DNA of 64,000 nt. It comes from Planctomycetaceae bacterium (GTDB lineage: Bacteria > Planctomycetota > Phycisphaerae > Phycisphaerales > UBA5793). The position numbers were made by a program, and so were the translations under genes. The stretch lies in the NCBI GenBank assembly GCA_040255465.1, contig JBDZVA010000002.1, positions 932,375-996,374 on the forward strand, in the 5' to 3' direction. The notes under the pieces were generated by a model. It had not been told where the DNA came from. It saw only the letters and a list, made by a program, of their open reading frames with translations, and did no database searches. This document shows positions 55,911 through 64,000 of this stretch, one piece after another (the first letter of the stretch is position 1; the number at the start of each line of letters is the position of its first letter).

Positions 55911-56641
55911 CTCTAGGCAGCGCGTATAGCGTGCTGATGATTACGGGGATTGTTCTGGGCGCGTGGCTGTGGAGTCGCATCACGGGACAGCAGACGCGGC
56001 GTGATCCGCGGTTGACGATCATCTACCTCTCGGCACTCGTCGGCGCCATCGTCGGCACCAAGGTCGCGTTTCTGCTGGCCGAGGGCTGGCACTATCGCGA
56101 TAACTGGGTTGCGCTGCTGACGGGACGGAGCATCACGGGCGGACTGCTCGGCGGATACGCCGCGGTCGAGATTGCGAAGTGGCGTACGGGCTATAGGCAG
56201 GCAACCGGTGATGCGTTTGCACTGATTGTGCCGACCGGGTTGGTGCTCGGGCGCGTGGGCTGCTGGATCCAGGGGTGCTGCCAGGGGGCGCTGTGCGCTG
56301 AGCACTGGTGGTCGCTCAATGACAGCGTGGGGGCAGGTCGGTGGCCGATTGTGCCGCTGGAGATCGGGTTCAACGCGGCGTTTCTCATTTGGGCGCTGGC
56401 CGCGCGACGGTTGGGGTGGGTGCGCGGCAACCAGTTTCACGTGTATCTCATCGCGTACGGCGTCTTTCGATTCGTCGAAGAGTTTGCGCGCGACACAGCG
56501 AGGATTGATGGAACATCCTTCAGCGGATACCAGGTGATCGCGCTGGCAACCATAGTGTTCGGAGCAGAGCGGTTTGTGGGGCGCAGGTTTGTGGGGCGCA
56601 CTAAGCAGGCGCTTCGTGAAGAAGCGCCTGCGATGAAGTAA
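55907..56641 (+). CDS. lgt: Prolipoprotein diacylglyceryl transferase (Lgt) family protein
   Basis: ATGA overlap with the radical SAM gene. Polytopic membrane protein with GGLLGGYAAVEIAKW and LGRVGCWIQGCCQG (an Lgt GRxGC..GCC.G-type block). Confidence 0.6.
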   Translation: MTLGSAYSVLMITGIVLGAWLWSRITGQQTRRDPRLTIIYLSALVGAIVGTKVAFLLAEGWHYRDNWVALLTGRSITGGLLGGYAAVEIAKWRTGYRQATGDAFALIVPTGLVLGRVGCWIQGCCQGALCAEHWWSLNDSVGAGRWPIVPLEIGFNAAFLIWALAARRLGWVRGNQFHVYLIAYGVFRFVEEFARDTARIDGTSFSGYQVIALATIVFGAERFVGRRFVGRTKQALREEAPAMK

Positions 56642-56670
56642 GCGAATTGCAGTGATCGCTTGCCGCTAGC

Positions 56671-57819
56671 TCAGCGATCGTCGATGGGAACGTAGGGTTG
56701 GTCGTGCGGACCGATGTAGTCCGCCTTGGGGCGAATGAGACGGTTGCCATCCTGCTGTTCGATGACGTGTCCCAACCACCCGCCGATGCGGGAAATGGCA
56801 AACATCGGGGTGAAGAGGTCGAGTTCGAGGCCGATGCAGTGGTAGGTTGTGGCGGAGTAGAAGTCGACGTTTGGATAGATGCCGCGCGCGGCGACGGCTT
56901 CTTCCATGATGTCCTCAATGCGGCGACTCATCTCGTAGAGGTTGGAGTTGCCGGTCTGCTCGGCGAGTTTCTTGCTGAAGTTCTTGAGGAACATGGCCCG
57001 CGGGTCGCGCGTCTTGTAAACGCGGTGGCCGAAGCCCATGATCTTGTCCTTGGTTTCGAGCTTGTGGTGGATGAAGTCATCGACCTTGTCGAGTGAGCCG
57101 ATTTCGTTGAGCATGTGCATGACGCCCTCGTTGGCGCCGCCGTGCAGCGGGCCGCGCAGGGCGCCAATGGCGCCGCTGATGGCGGAATAGACGTCGCTGA
57201 GGGTGGAGGCGATGACGCGAGCGGTGAAGGTCGAAGCGTTGAGGCCGTGATCGGTATGGAGGATGAGGCAGGCGTCAAGGGCCTTCTCCATGGTCTTTGT
57301 CGGCTTCTCGCCATTGAGCATGTACATGAGGTTGGCGGCGAAGGAGAGAGATGAATCAGGGGCCACAACTGGCTTGCCCTTCCGATAGCGATCGAAGGTG
57401 GTGATGATGCCGGGCATCTTGGCCATCATGGAGATGCCCTTGGTGTGGACGTCGTCGGCGGTGATCGCGTCGGGAGACTTATCCCAGAGAGAGAGCGCGC
57501 TCACGCCGGTGCGCAGGACATGCATCGGCTCGGCCGTTTTGGGAAAGGACGTGATGATGGCGATGAGTTCTTTGGGAAGGGCATACTGGGCGCGGATCTG
57601 GGCGACAAAGGCGTCGAGTTCCGCGCGGTTTGGCAGGCGGCCGTTCCAGAGGAGGAATACTGTCTCTTCGAAAGTCGAGTTCTCTGCGAGCGCGGCGATC
57701 GGGATGCCGACGTATTCGAGTATGCCGTTCGTGCCGTCAATGAAGGACATCTTGGTCTCAGCCGCGACGACTCCTTCGAGGCCTTTGGACGCGGTGGATG
57801 GTGCTGTGGCGGATGTCAT
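56671..57819 (-). CDS. gltA: Citrate synthase (~380-aa type)
   Basis: GLEGVVAAETKMSFIDG, LILHTDHGLNAST, GPLHGGANE, GFGHRVYKTRDPR and a C-terminal IRPKADYIGP. Confidence 0.9.
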   Translation of the reverse strand: MTSATAPSTASKGLEGVVAAETKMSFIDGTNGILEYVGIPIAALAENSTFEETVFLLWNGRLPNRAELDAFVAQIRAQYALPKELIAIITSFPKTAEPMHVLRTGVSALSLWDKSPDAITADDVHTKGISMMAKMPGIITTFDRYRKGKPVVAPDSSLSFAANLMYMLNGEKPTKTMEKALDACLILHTDHGLNASTFTARVIASTLSDVYSAISGAIGALRGPLHGGANEGVMHMLNEIGSLDKVDDFIHHKLETKDKIMGFGHRVYKTRDPRAMFLKNFSKKLAEQTGNSNLYEMSRRIEDIMEEAVAARGIYPNVDFYSATTYHCIGLELDLFTPMFAISRIGGWLGHVIEQQDGNRLIRPKADYIGPHDQPYVPIDDR

Positions 57820-58030
57820 GAGAACTCCCTGTCCCGGTTGGCTTCGTGCGGGCGGAATGCCGGCACAATAGAAGTGTAGTAGATCAGGATGGGATACTAT
57901 GACGGCGCGCGATGATCAGCAACAGCGCGAAACGCCGTAGCGGACCAATACTGGGGACTTTCGAGGCATTGGCTGCGGATTTGAGGTTGATTGATCGGGG
58001 AAGTGACCGCATCGGGCGACGCGACAGAGC

Positions 58031-59266
58031 ATGATTCCACTCAGCACCGATAGACCGACACGCCGCACGCCGGCTGTGAATGTGACGATCATCGTGATCA
58101 ACGTGCTTGTGGCGCTGGTGGTGGCGGCGTCAGAGCCCGTGCGGATGTGGACCCAGCAGCACCTGTACCTGTGGCCCGACTGGACACTCCTTCGAATGCC
58201 GGATGACTCGGTCGTCGAGTACGGCCCGCATCTCTGGCAGTTCATTACATACCAGTTCCTGCACGAGCCCAGCAGCCTGAGCCACATTGGGTTCAACATG
58301 CTCTTTCTGTGGGTGTTCGGCAATGCGATCGAGGACAAGATCGGCCATGCGGGGTACCTCTGCTTTTACCTCGCGGGCGGTGTTTTCGCCGGTCTGGGGC
58401 ACTGCCTGACCTCGGACAACCCAGTGCTGGGCGCGAGCGGGTCCGTGTCGGCGGTGACGGGGCTGTTCCTGGCGTTGTTTCCGCAGACGCGGATCAAGGT
58501 GCTTTGGCTGTTCTTCCTCATCTCGGTCTTCGAGATCCCGAGTCTGTGGTTCATCGGCTTCAGCATCGGCATGGACCTTTTCGGCGCTCTGAGGGGCGGC
58601 GGAGGCGTGGCGTACTTCGCCCATATCGGGGGCAACCTGTTTGGCTTCCTGCTGGGCATGTCGCTGCTGTGGACCCGACTGGTGCCGCGCGATCCCTATG
58701 ACCTGCTGAGCATGATTAACCAGTGGAACCGAAGGCGACAGTTTCGGTCGATCACGGATCGCGGCTATGACCCCTGGGCCGGACGGCGCGCCGGCAGCAA
58801 AGGCGCGTTCAAGGAGACGAAGCCGAACTTCAAGAAGGAGAAGCCCGCGGGGGCAAAGGCGAAGGACGATCCGGACGGTCGGGCCCAACTGGAGGCACGT
58901 CAGCAGGTTGCCAACCTCGTCATCGCGACGAAACTGAAGGAAGCGGCGGTCGAGTATGCCAAGGCAACGCAGCGCTGGCCGGACTTCGTGCTGGGCGCAC
59001 CGGCGCAACTCGATCTGGCGAACTATCTGTTCAGCGAGCACCAGTACGAGCGGGCTGTGGCGGCCTACCAGGCGCTGCTCAAGCACTACCCCACGAGCGA
59101 CCCGACTGGACGGCTGCGTTTGCTAATCGGCTTGGCGCTGGCGCGCTATCTCGGGCGGCCGGGCGAGGCTTCCGAGCCGCTGCGCATCGCGGCTGAGCGG
59201 CTGGGCTCGGGACCCGATCGCGATCTGGCGCATGAAATTCTTGCCGAGGTGAGCGGGTCCGCATAA
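58031..59266 (+). CDS. Rhomboid-family intramembrane serine protease with C-terminal TPR-like domain
   Basis: HIGFNMLFLWVFG, catalytic GASGSV and AHIGGNLFG. The C-terminal ~130 aa are helical and TPR-like (YERAVAAYQALLKHYP). Confidence 0.8.
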   Translation: MIPLSTDRPTRRTPAVNVTIIVINVLVALVVAASEPVRMWTQQHLYLWPDWTLLRMPDDSVVEYGPHLWQFITYQFLHEPSSLSHIGFNMLFLWVFGNAIEDKIGHAGYLCFYLAGGVFAGLGHCLTSDNPVLGASGSVSAVTGLFLALFPQTRIKVLWLFFLISVFEIPSLWFIGFSIGMDLFGALRGGGGVAYFAHIGGNLFGFLLGMSLLWTRLVPRDPYDLLSMINQWNRRRQFRSITDRGYDPWAGRRAGSKGAFKETKPNFKKEKPAGAKAKDDPDGRAQLEARQQVANLVIATKLKEAAVEYAKATQRWPDFVLGAPAQLDLANYLFSEHQYERAVAAYQALLKHYPTSDPTGRLRLLIGLALARYLGRPGEASEPLRIAAERLGSGPDRDLAHEILAEVSGSA

Positions 59267-59394
59267 CGCGTTGCGGCGCGGAAGGTAGCGCGGCATGATG
59301 GCTGGCTGGCCGCTCCGGGACATTTGCGGGCGGTTCATTCACTCAATGCGCGTCTCGCGTTGGAACGCGGCGGCTATCGACCCGATCTATTGGA

Positions 59395-60042
59395 GTGCCC
59401 CAATCGAGGGAGAACTCCTTGACGCTGCCGCATCGGGTCATTGTGATTGCCGGCGCTTCGTGCGTCGGCAAGTCGACGCTCATCGACGGGCTGAGGGGCG
59501 GCAAGCATCCGCGCCTGGCGGCAGTGCTGGGATTGACTGATCCGGAGATTTGGGCGATTCAGAATGCGCGGCGCACGGCAGGCGCCGCCGCGCCCCCTGC
59601 CGCACGCCACCTCGTGCTCCACTACGACATTGTGCGGCCGGTGATGGAGCGGTCGTTTGCGAGCTTTGACGATGATCCGGGTCTGGCGCCGGCCGTCGAC
59701 GCGTCAGACCTGTGCATCTGCACGATGTGGGGCGCGGGTGAGCTGCTTCGCGCACGGGCCACCCTCAAGACGAGGCGTCGAGCGAAGATCGACGCAACGG
59801 CGTTGCGCGCTCCGGTCCAGTGGTGGATGCGCAATCGCCGCATGAAAACGCTGCGCCGCTGGTATCGGGACGACGACTTTATCCGCGAGCGATACCAGCA
59901 GTGGTTCGCGTTTGTCGAGTCGATGTCGCCGGGAATGCGGCACCTGGTTGTGAACGCGCACGACGCCCACCCCGTGGCCACTCCCTTTGCCCGGTGGTCG
60001 GATGGGACGAACCTCGAAGAGGCAGCCCGGGCGGCAGGATGA
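59395..60042 (+). CDS. Hypothetical P-loop protein
   Basis: Walker A-like VIVIAGASCVGKSTLI. Otherwise unrecognised. Start uncertain. Confidence 0.45.
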   Translation: MPQSRENSLTLPHRVIVIAGASCVGKSTLIDGLRGGKHPRLAAVLGLTDPEIWAIQNARRTAGAAAPPAARHLVLHYDIVRPVMERSFASFDDDPGLAPAVDASDLCICTMWGAGELLRARATLKTRRRAKIDATALRAPVQWWMRNRRMKTLRRWYRDDDFIRERYQQWFAFVESMSPGMRHLVVNAHDAHPVATPFARWSDGTNLEEAARAAG

Positions 60043-60089
60043 TCGCCGCAGGCCGCCGCTAAGCGAGGCCGAGAGCCAAAGCACAACAA

Positions 60090-60124
60090 CCCCGCTCAAT
60101 GAGAGCGGGGTCGCTGGGTTTGTT
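60090..60124. terminator. Candidate bidirectional terminator between convergent genes
   Basis: Stem CCCCGCTC / GAGCGGGG (60090-60097 / 60103-60110). T-rich tracts follow on both strands (GGGTTTGTT on plus, TTGTTGTGCTTTGG on minus). Confidence 0.5.
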
Positions 60125-60140
60125 CGGTTCGCTGGTCGCG

Positions 60141-61187
60141 CTACGGGATCTGGTCCGTGTTGCTGACCGCGCATGATCCCAAGGTAATGAGCTGGAGGTA
60201 TCCGCCGCACGCCCCGGTACCGGCGCGACCGTTGACCGAGCCGGCGCCTCCGCCGGTGCCGATGGTATTGACGAGCTGAATGTTTCCCTGAAGTCCGAGG
60301 ACCGTTCCCGCGCACGGGCCGCCGGGAATGTTGGTGCTGCCTTCACGACTGCCAAAGACGATGCCCTGCTGCCGACCGGGCTCAGCGCCGCTCCAGGAGA
60401 CGCTCACCGAGCCGGGGCACGCGCCGCCGACCGTGAGGCGATACCCCCCTCCGCCCCCGGCGACGTATTCGAGCGCGTTGGCCATCAGGATGTCGCCGTC
60501 GGTCGTCTGATCCCACCACGTGCTGGAAACGGCACTCGAGGGTGGGTAGAAGCCGATATCGGCGCGGTTGGGAAGCGCACCGGCCACGGTGAGCGGCTTG
60601 CCATCACTCCATTGCGCGACAAGTGTGGAGCCGGGCGCGAGGGAAGTCGTCGTCGGCCGGAACCCGCTTGAGCCCCCGATGAAGGTGGATACACCCTGGA
60701 TGAGCGGGTGATTCGGGTCGAGAATCGTGCCCAGCGATGCGTTGCCCGACGAGGTGCCGCCGCGCGGGACGATGACGTCGTAATCGGGCGACCAGCGGCC
60801 GGTGAGGTAGCGGTTGTTCGTGGTGGTCGTATTACCGAACACGGCGATAACCACGCCGCCGCCCGCGTCGACGTAGTCGGCGAGGACATTGCCCAAGGCG
60901 GCGCTGTCAAGGTAGTTCAGATTCGACCAGACGATGACGGCGTCGTACTGCTGGAGGGTTTGAAGCGTCGGCGTCACCACACCGGCGTCGATGATATCGA
61001 CGACGTTGAAGCGGCCGGTGCCAACCAGTTTGTCGCGCGGATCAGTAAAGCGGGCGTCTCCCGATCCGCTGCCGGCAGCCGCGACGATGGCCACATCCGT
61101 GGCGAGCGCGGCATTGGCGGCGAGCAGGCTGCCCGCAACGACTGCGATCAAACCCATCGTGTAACGGCGATCACGGTTGGTTTTCAT
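60141..61187 (-). CDS. Secreted protein: flavodoxin/GATase1-like N-terminal region plus 4-Cys C-terminal module
   Basis: ATG at 61187 in ORF 60141..61244. Signal peptide ...LLAANAALA. C-terminal LTVGGACPGSVSVSWSGA...CAGTVLGL...CGGYLQLI...CAVSN is homologous to the tails of the 50447 and 51626 products. Confidence 0.65.
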   Translation of the reverse strand: MKTNRDRRYTMGLIAVVAGSLLAANAALATDVAIVAAAGSGSGDARFTDPRDKLVGTGRFNVVDIIDAGVVTPTLQTLQQYDAVIVWSNLNYLDSAALGNVLADYVDAGGGVVIAVFGNTTTTNNRYLTGRWSPDYDVIVPRGGTSSGNASLGTILDPNHPLIQGVSTFIGGSSGFRPTTTSLAPGSTLVAQWSDGKPLTVAGALPNRADIGFYPPSSAVSSTWWDQTTDGDILMANALEYVAGGGGGYRLTVGGACPGSVSVSWSGAEPGRQQGIVFGSREGSTNIPGGPCAGTVLGLQGNIQLVNTIGTGGGAGSVNGRAGTGACGGYLQLITLGSCAVSNTDQIP

Positions 61188-61372
61188 CTCTCTTCTCTCC
61201 TGTGGTTTTCTCACCAAGACATGCGGCTTTGCTGACCAGATCAATCAGGCAATGACAGCCCCGCGGGGAAACGACCGGGGGTCGACCCGTCAGGATAACG
61301 GGTTTGGCATTGCATTGCAATGGAATAGCCACTACATCTCGTTGATCACGGAGTCCAAGGACCAGACCCAAA

Positions 61373-61843
61373 TCAGACGGCCGGTCGCGGCTGGACGCGG
61401 TCGGCGCCGGGGCCGGTCGTGGTCTCAGGGTTGGCGCTTTGGGCTCGCACGGCGCCGGTTCCAGGTTGGGCCGGGGCATCTTCGGCGGCGTGCTCCTTGG
61501 GTTGGAGAATCACGCCGGACTGGGCCAGGGGGGTCCAGACCTTGTAGATCTTCATGAGGGACTCGAACTGCTCGGAGTAGCCGACGAGCTTGAGTGTGGC
61601 TCGCATGGGCCGGGCGCGGCGGCTGAGGAGGATGATGCCCGCAATCAGGCCACTGTCCATGCTGATAGCGTCGGAAAGGTCCAGAACGAGGACCTTGTAG
61701 CCCTGCTCGAGAGCCCGCTCTCCCCAGCGGACCAGTTCCCGGATCTGGTCATCGGTCGTCATGTCGGGCAGAGCGCGAAAAACGGGCTCCCGCCGCACAA
61801 ACTGCGGGGCTCGATCTCGCCATGCCTTGAGCCACTTCAGCAT
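61373..61843 (-). CDS. STAS-domain-like protein
   Basis: YKVLVLDLSDAISMDSGLIAGIILLSRRARPMRATLKLVGYSEQF resembles the anti-sigma antagonist/STAS core. Low-complexity C-terminal tail. Confidence 0.5.
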   Translation of the reverse strand: MLKWLKAWRDRAPQFVRREPVFRALPDMTTDDQIRELVRWGERALEQGYKVLVLDLSDAISMDSGLIAGIILLSRRARPMRATLKLVGYSEQFESLMKIYKVWTPLAQSGVILQPKEHAAEDAPAQPGTGAVRAQSANPETTTGPGADRVQPRPAV

Positions 61844-62083
61844 CCGGTGCTCGCTTTGCGGTCAAACTACCGACGGGTTGAGAGGATAGCGTCAACCCCC
61901 TCAGTGGTATTGTGCATCATGGAGCAGAGGTTTCAAGCCCAATCCGGGAATCGGGTAGCGCTATGTCCGGTATCGTGAGAATAGCTTGGCCACTTTGACT
62001 TCCGCAGCCCCCGCGCGAGCAGCGCTGCTTGCTTATCGTACCGTGTAGGCGATTGAACGAATCCTGATTGGCCGGAGCCTGCC

Positions 62084-63226
62084 ATGTCGACGCCATTCCT
62101 GCTTGCCGGATATCCGGACCGCTTCCCGGGGGTCTACCACCGCATCCGCTTTCTGTGCGGCGATATGACCGTCTTTCTCGATCTGGGTGGCGGCCAGACA
62201 CATCTGATCGTGCGCAACATCGAGCTGCCTCGGGCGAAGAAAGCCGGCACGGCCCAGCACATCTGGTGTCCCGAAGACCTGCCGCCAACCGGCGGGCTGA
62301 GTAGCGATCGTGACACGTCGTATGCCCAGGCGACGGCGGAGCTGCTGGTGCGCGAGGGGGTGAAAGAGATTGCTGGCGATTATCTTTTGCCGCTGCTCTT
62401 CGTCGATGTGCTGCGCGAGCGTGGGATCAAAGTGGTTTTCGATCCCGATCTCGGACGCGTCGACCGGCGGATGAAGGACGACTGGGAGGTGGAGCAGCTG
62501 CGCGACTCGCAACAGCACACCGAAGCGGCAATCCGGTTTGCCTATGACACCATCGCGCGGGCCAACGTCGTCGATGGCATGCTGCACCACGATGGAGCCG
62601 CGCTAACGGCCGACGGGCTTCGGTCGATGATCGTCATCTTCCTGCTCAAACGAGGCCTGTCGAATCCGAACGACTGCATCGTCGCGCCGGGCAAGGTCGG
62701 TTCGGACTGCCACCATCGTGGCGAAGGAGTGCTGCGGATCAACGAACCGATCATCCTTGACGTGTTCCCGCTCAACACCAAGACCCGCTACTGGGGAGAC
62801 TGCACGCGAACGCTGTGTCGCGGCACGCCGCATCCGACGCTGTCGATGATGCATGCGCATGTGGTGGAAGCGAAAGCGGCAGCGATCAAGGCGTGTCGGG
62901 CCGGGGCAGCGGGAGCACAGGTGCACCAGGCGGTGCTCGACGTGTTCAATCGCGAAAAGTACCACATCGGCATGCCGCCCGACGATGCGCCGGATGATCT
63001 CATCTTCTACCCGCACGGCACGGGTCACGGCATCGGCCTCGAATGCCACGAGCCGCCCATTCTCGATTTACTGTGCGGCACGCTGGTCAATGGCGACGCC
63101 CTGACGATCGAGCCGGGGCTGTACTGCAAGGCTGTAGGCGGCGTGCGCGTTGAAGACATGGTGATCGCCCGGGCGGACGGATGCGAGAATCTGAATGAAC
63201 TGCCGGAGGGGTTATGGTGGGATTGA
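62084..63226 (+). CDS. M24-family metallopeptidase (Xaa-Pro aminopeptidase/creatinase-like)
   Basis: Pita-bread fold metal ligands: ILDVFP...YWGDCTRT, HGTGHGIGLECHEPP, TIEPGLY and GGVRVEDM. Confidence 0.85.
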   Translation: MSTPFLLAGYPDRFPGVYHRIRFLCGDMTVFLDLGGGQTHLIVRNIELPRAKKAGTAQHIWCPEDLPPTGGLSSDRDTSYAQATAELLVREGVKEIAGDYLLPLLFVDVLRERGIKVVFDPDLGRVDRRMKDDWEVEQLRDSQQHTEAAIRFAYDTIARANVVDGMLHHDGAALTADGLRSMIVIFLLKRGLSNPNDCIVAPGKVGSDCHHRGEGVLRINEPIILDVFPLNTKTRYWGDCTRTLCRGTPHPTLSMMHAHVVEAKAAAIKACRAGAAGAQVHQAVLDVFNREKYHIGMPPDDAPDDLIFYPHGTGHGIGLECHEPPILDLLCGTLVNGDALTIEPGLYCKAVGGVRVEDMVIARADGCENLNELPEGLWWD

Positions 63227-63269
63227 TTCCGCGGACTCCGATTCAGGTCGGGTTCAGGAGAAATGCACC

Positions 63270-63608
63270 ATGCGCAACTGGAGAATCGCTCTCTGCTTAC
63301 TACTGCTTTGCGTTGGTGCTATCGCGATTTTGTACTCGGCAAATATGACCGCATATTCGGTGTGGTTGAGTGCGCACCCTCAATTCGATGATGAACTTTG
63401 GGCGGCACGAGCAATCGCGTGGCTCGTTGCAACCCTCGGGATCATGGTTGTCGAAATGGCGGGTTTTTGGTTGTTCATCAAGAGACAACATCGATGGCGT
63501 AGTTCATCAGTTGGCAACCACTGTCCCGATTGCGGATACGACCTTCGTGAGAGTGTGTCGCGTTGTCCGGAATGCGGACACGAGGCAAACGTCAACGGGA
63601 GTGAATAG
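63270..63608 (+). CDS. Membrane protein with C-terminal zinc ribbon (CPDCGY...CPECG)
   Basis: ATG at 63270 in ORF 63195..63608. Two TM helices, then CPDCGYDLRESVSRCPECGHE at the C-terminus. Confidence 0.6.
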   Translation: MRNWRIALCLLLLCVGAIAILYSANMTAYSVWLSAHPQFDDELWAARAIAWLVATLGIMVVEMAGFWLFIKRQHRWRSSSVGNHCPDCGYDLRESVSRCPECGHEANVNGSE

Positions 63609-63657
63609 GCGCGTGCCCGAGGGGTTGTGGTAGGATTGAGTGGCGCCGTGTGCCATT

Positions 63658-63693
63658 CGCCCCCGAGGGGCACGTGAGTGTAGCCACGGGTGG
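63658..63693 (-). repeat. GC-rich repeat unit (CCCGTGGCTACA...CCCC-loop-GGGG), minus orientation
   Basis: The reverse complement reads CCACCCGTGGCTACACTCACGTGCCCCTCGGGGGCG. It shares a 12/12 core plus a terminal hairpin with the unit at 63898-63934. Confidence 0.6.
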
Positions 63694-63897
63694 AGCGATG
63701 CGCAGCGAGCGGAACCCGTGATCATCGTTGATGAAAGCTGAAAGCCCCGAAGGGGCGACAGAAGTTTGCAATGTCGACCGGCGGCGAATACTGATTGATC
63801 ACGCGCTCCATCGATCGGCGGTTTCCTGCACCCCTGCCGGGGTGCGCCGCGTATCGGATCATCGGTTCCACGGGCTGCGCGACACGGGTGTGTTGCT

Positions 63898-63934
63898 GCG
63901 CCCGTGGCTACATTCCGTGACCCCATTCGGGGTC
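63898..63934 (+). repeat. GC-rich repeat unit (CCCGTGGCTACA...CCCC-loop-GGGG), plus orientation
   Basis: GCGCCCGTGGCTACATTCCGTGACCCCATTCGGGGTC, the inverted partner of 63658-63693. Confidence 0.6.
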
Positions 63935-64000
63935 GAAGGCACAAACCGCGGGATCAGGTGATGAACGATCAACAGGAACCACCGCATGTCGTCTTCGGAC

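Noticed and set aside
58130-59086. 318-aa minus-strand ORF
   Set aside because: Antisense to the rhomboid protease gene (GASGS and HIGGN motifs present on the plus strand). Its composition is Arg/Gln/Pro-rich.
59704-60315. 203-aa minus-strand ORF
   Set aside because: It spans the convergent terminator and is antisense to the P-loop gene. Arg-rich, with no motifs.
1-64000. Search by eye for rRNA, tRNA cloverleaf-like segments and CRISPR-type regularly spaced repeats
   Set aside because: I noticed nothing of these kinds. Intergenic regions are short or explained by hairpins and promoter-like elements. tRNAscan, Infernal or CRISPR-finder runs would be needed to exclude them formally.

Overview
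High-GC (roughly 60%) bacterial chromosomal window. It is densely coding, and many adjacent genes share 4-nt start/stop overlaps. The gene content points to a Planctomycetota/Phycisphaerae-like organism: exosortase machinery, (I/V)PLPAP-type PEP-CTERM tails, many CxxCG...CPECG zinc-ribbon membrane proteins, and GC-rich 'CCCGTGGCTACA...CCCC-loop-GGGG' repeat units. This taxonomic call is inference only.

Layout:
- 1-23.9 kb: exosortase-centred exopolysaccharide (EPS) locus. It holds a FemAB-like gene, several glycosyltransferases, a complete GDP-D-glycero-alpha-D-manno-heptose pathway with an HddC-GmhB fusion, GalE, a nucleotide-sugar dehydrogenase, exosortase plus EpsI, a fused Wzz/tyrosine kinase, a priming phosphoglycosyl transferase and a giant TPR protein.
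- 24.2-29.6 kb: five PEP-CTERM-tailed secreted proteins. Four form a tandemly duplicated two-gene cassette and share a conserved lone-Cys 'FCVE' motif and an 'LQxAIW' motif, which resemble the Cys/Gln signature of internal-thioester (TQXA) adhesin domains.
- 30.6-31.6 kb: IS630-family element with inverted repeats, flanking TA and an A_AAA_AAA frameshift site.
- 32.3-38.3 kb: zinc-ribbon/TPM/TPM operon, a secreted protein, an EEP-family protein, an alpha/beta hydrolase and an Rrf2 regulator.
- 38.4-50.1 kb: CcoG-like ferredoxin, an MBOAT plus SGNH-like O-acylation pair, and an atypical cbb3 oxidase cluster (upstream diheme lipoprotein cytochrome c, ccoN, ccoO, small membrane ORFs, ccoI, TauE/DsbD_2-like protein).
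- 50.4-52.5 kb: two tandem secreted CxxCH paralogs whose 3' 314 bp are identical.
- 53.4-56.6 kb: tightly coupled operon of two zinc-ribbon membrane paralogs, an MJ0619/Tes-like radical SAM enzyme and an Lgt-family gene.
- 56.7-63.6 kb: citrate synthase, rhomboid-TPR protein, P-loop protein, a secreted protein sharing the 4-Cys C-terminal module, a STAS protein, an M24 peptidase and a third zinc-ribbon membrane protein.
- 63.65-63.95 kb: inverted GC-rich repeat units.

I found no rRNA, tRNA or CRISPR array by eye. All functional calls come from motif-level reading of the translated ORFs, and no database search was run.
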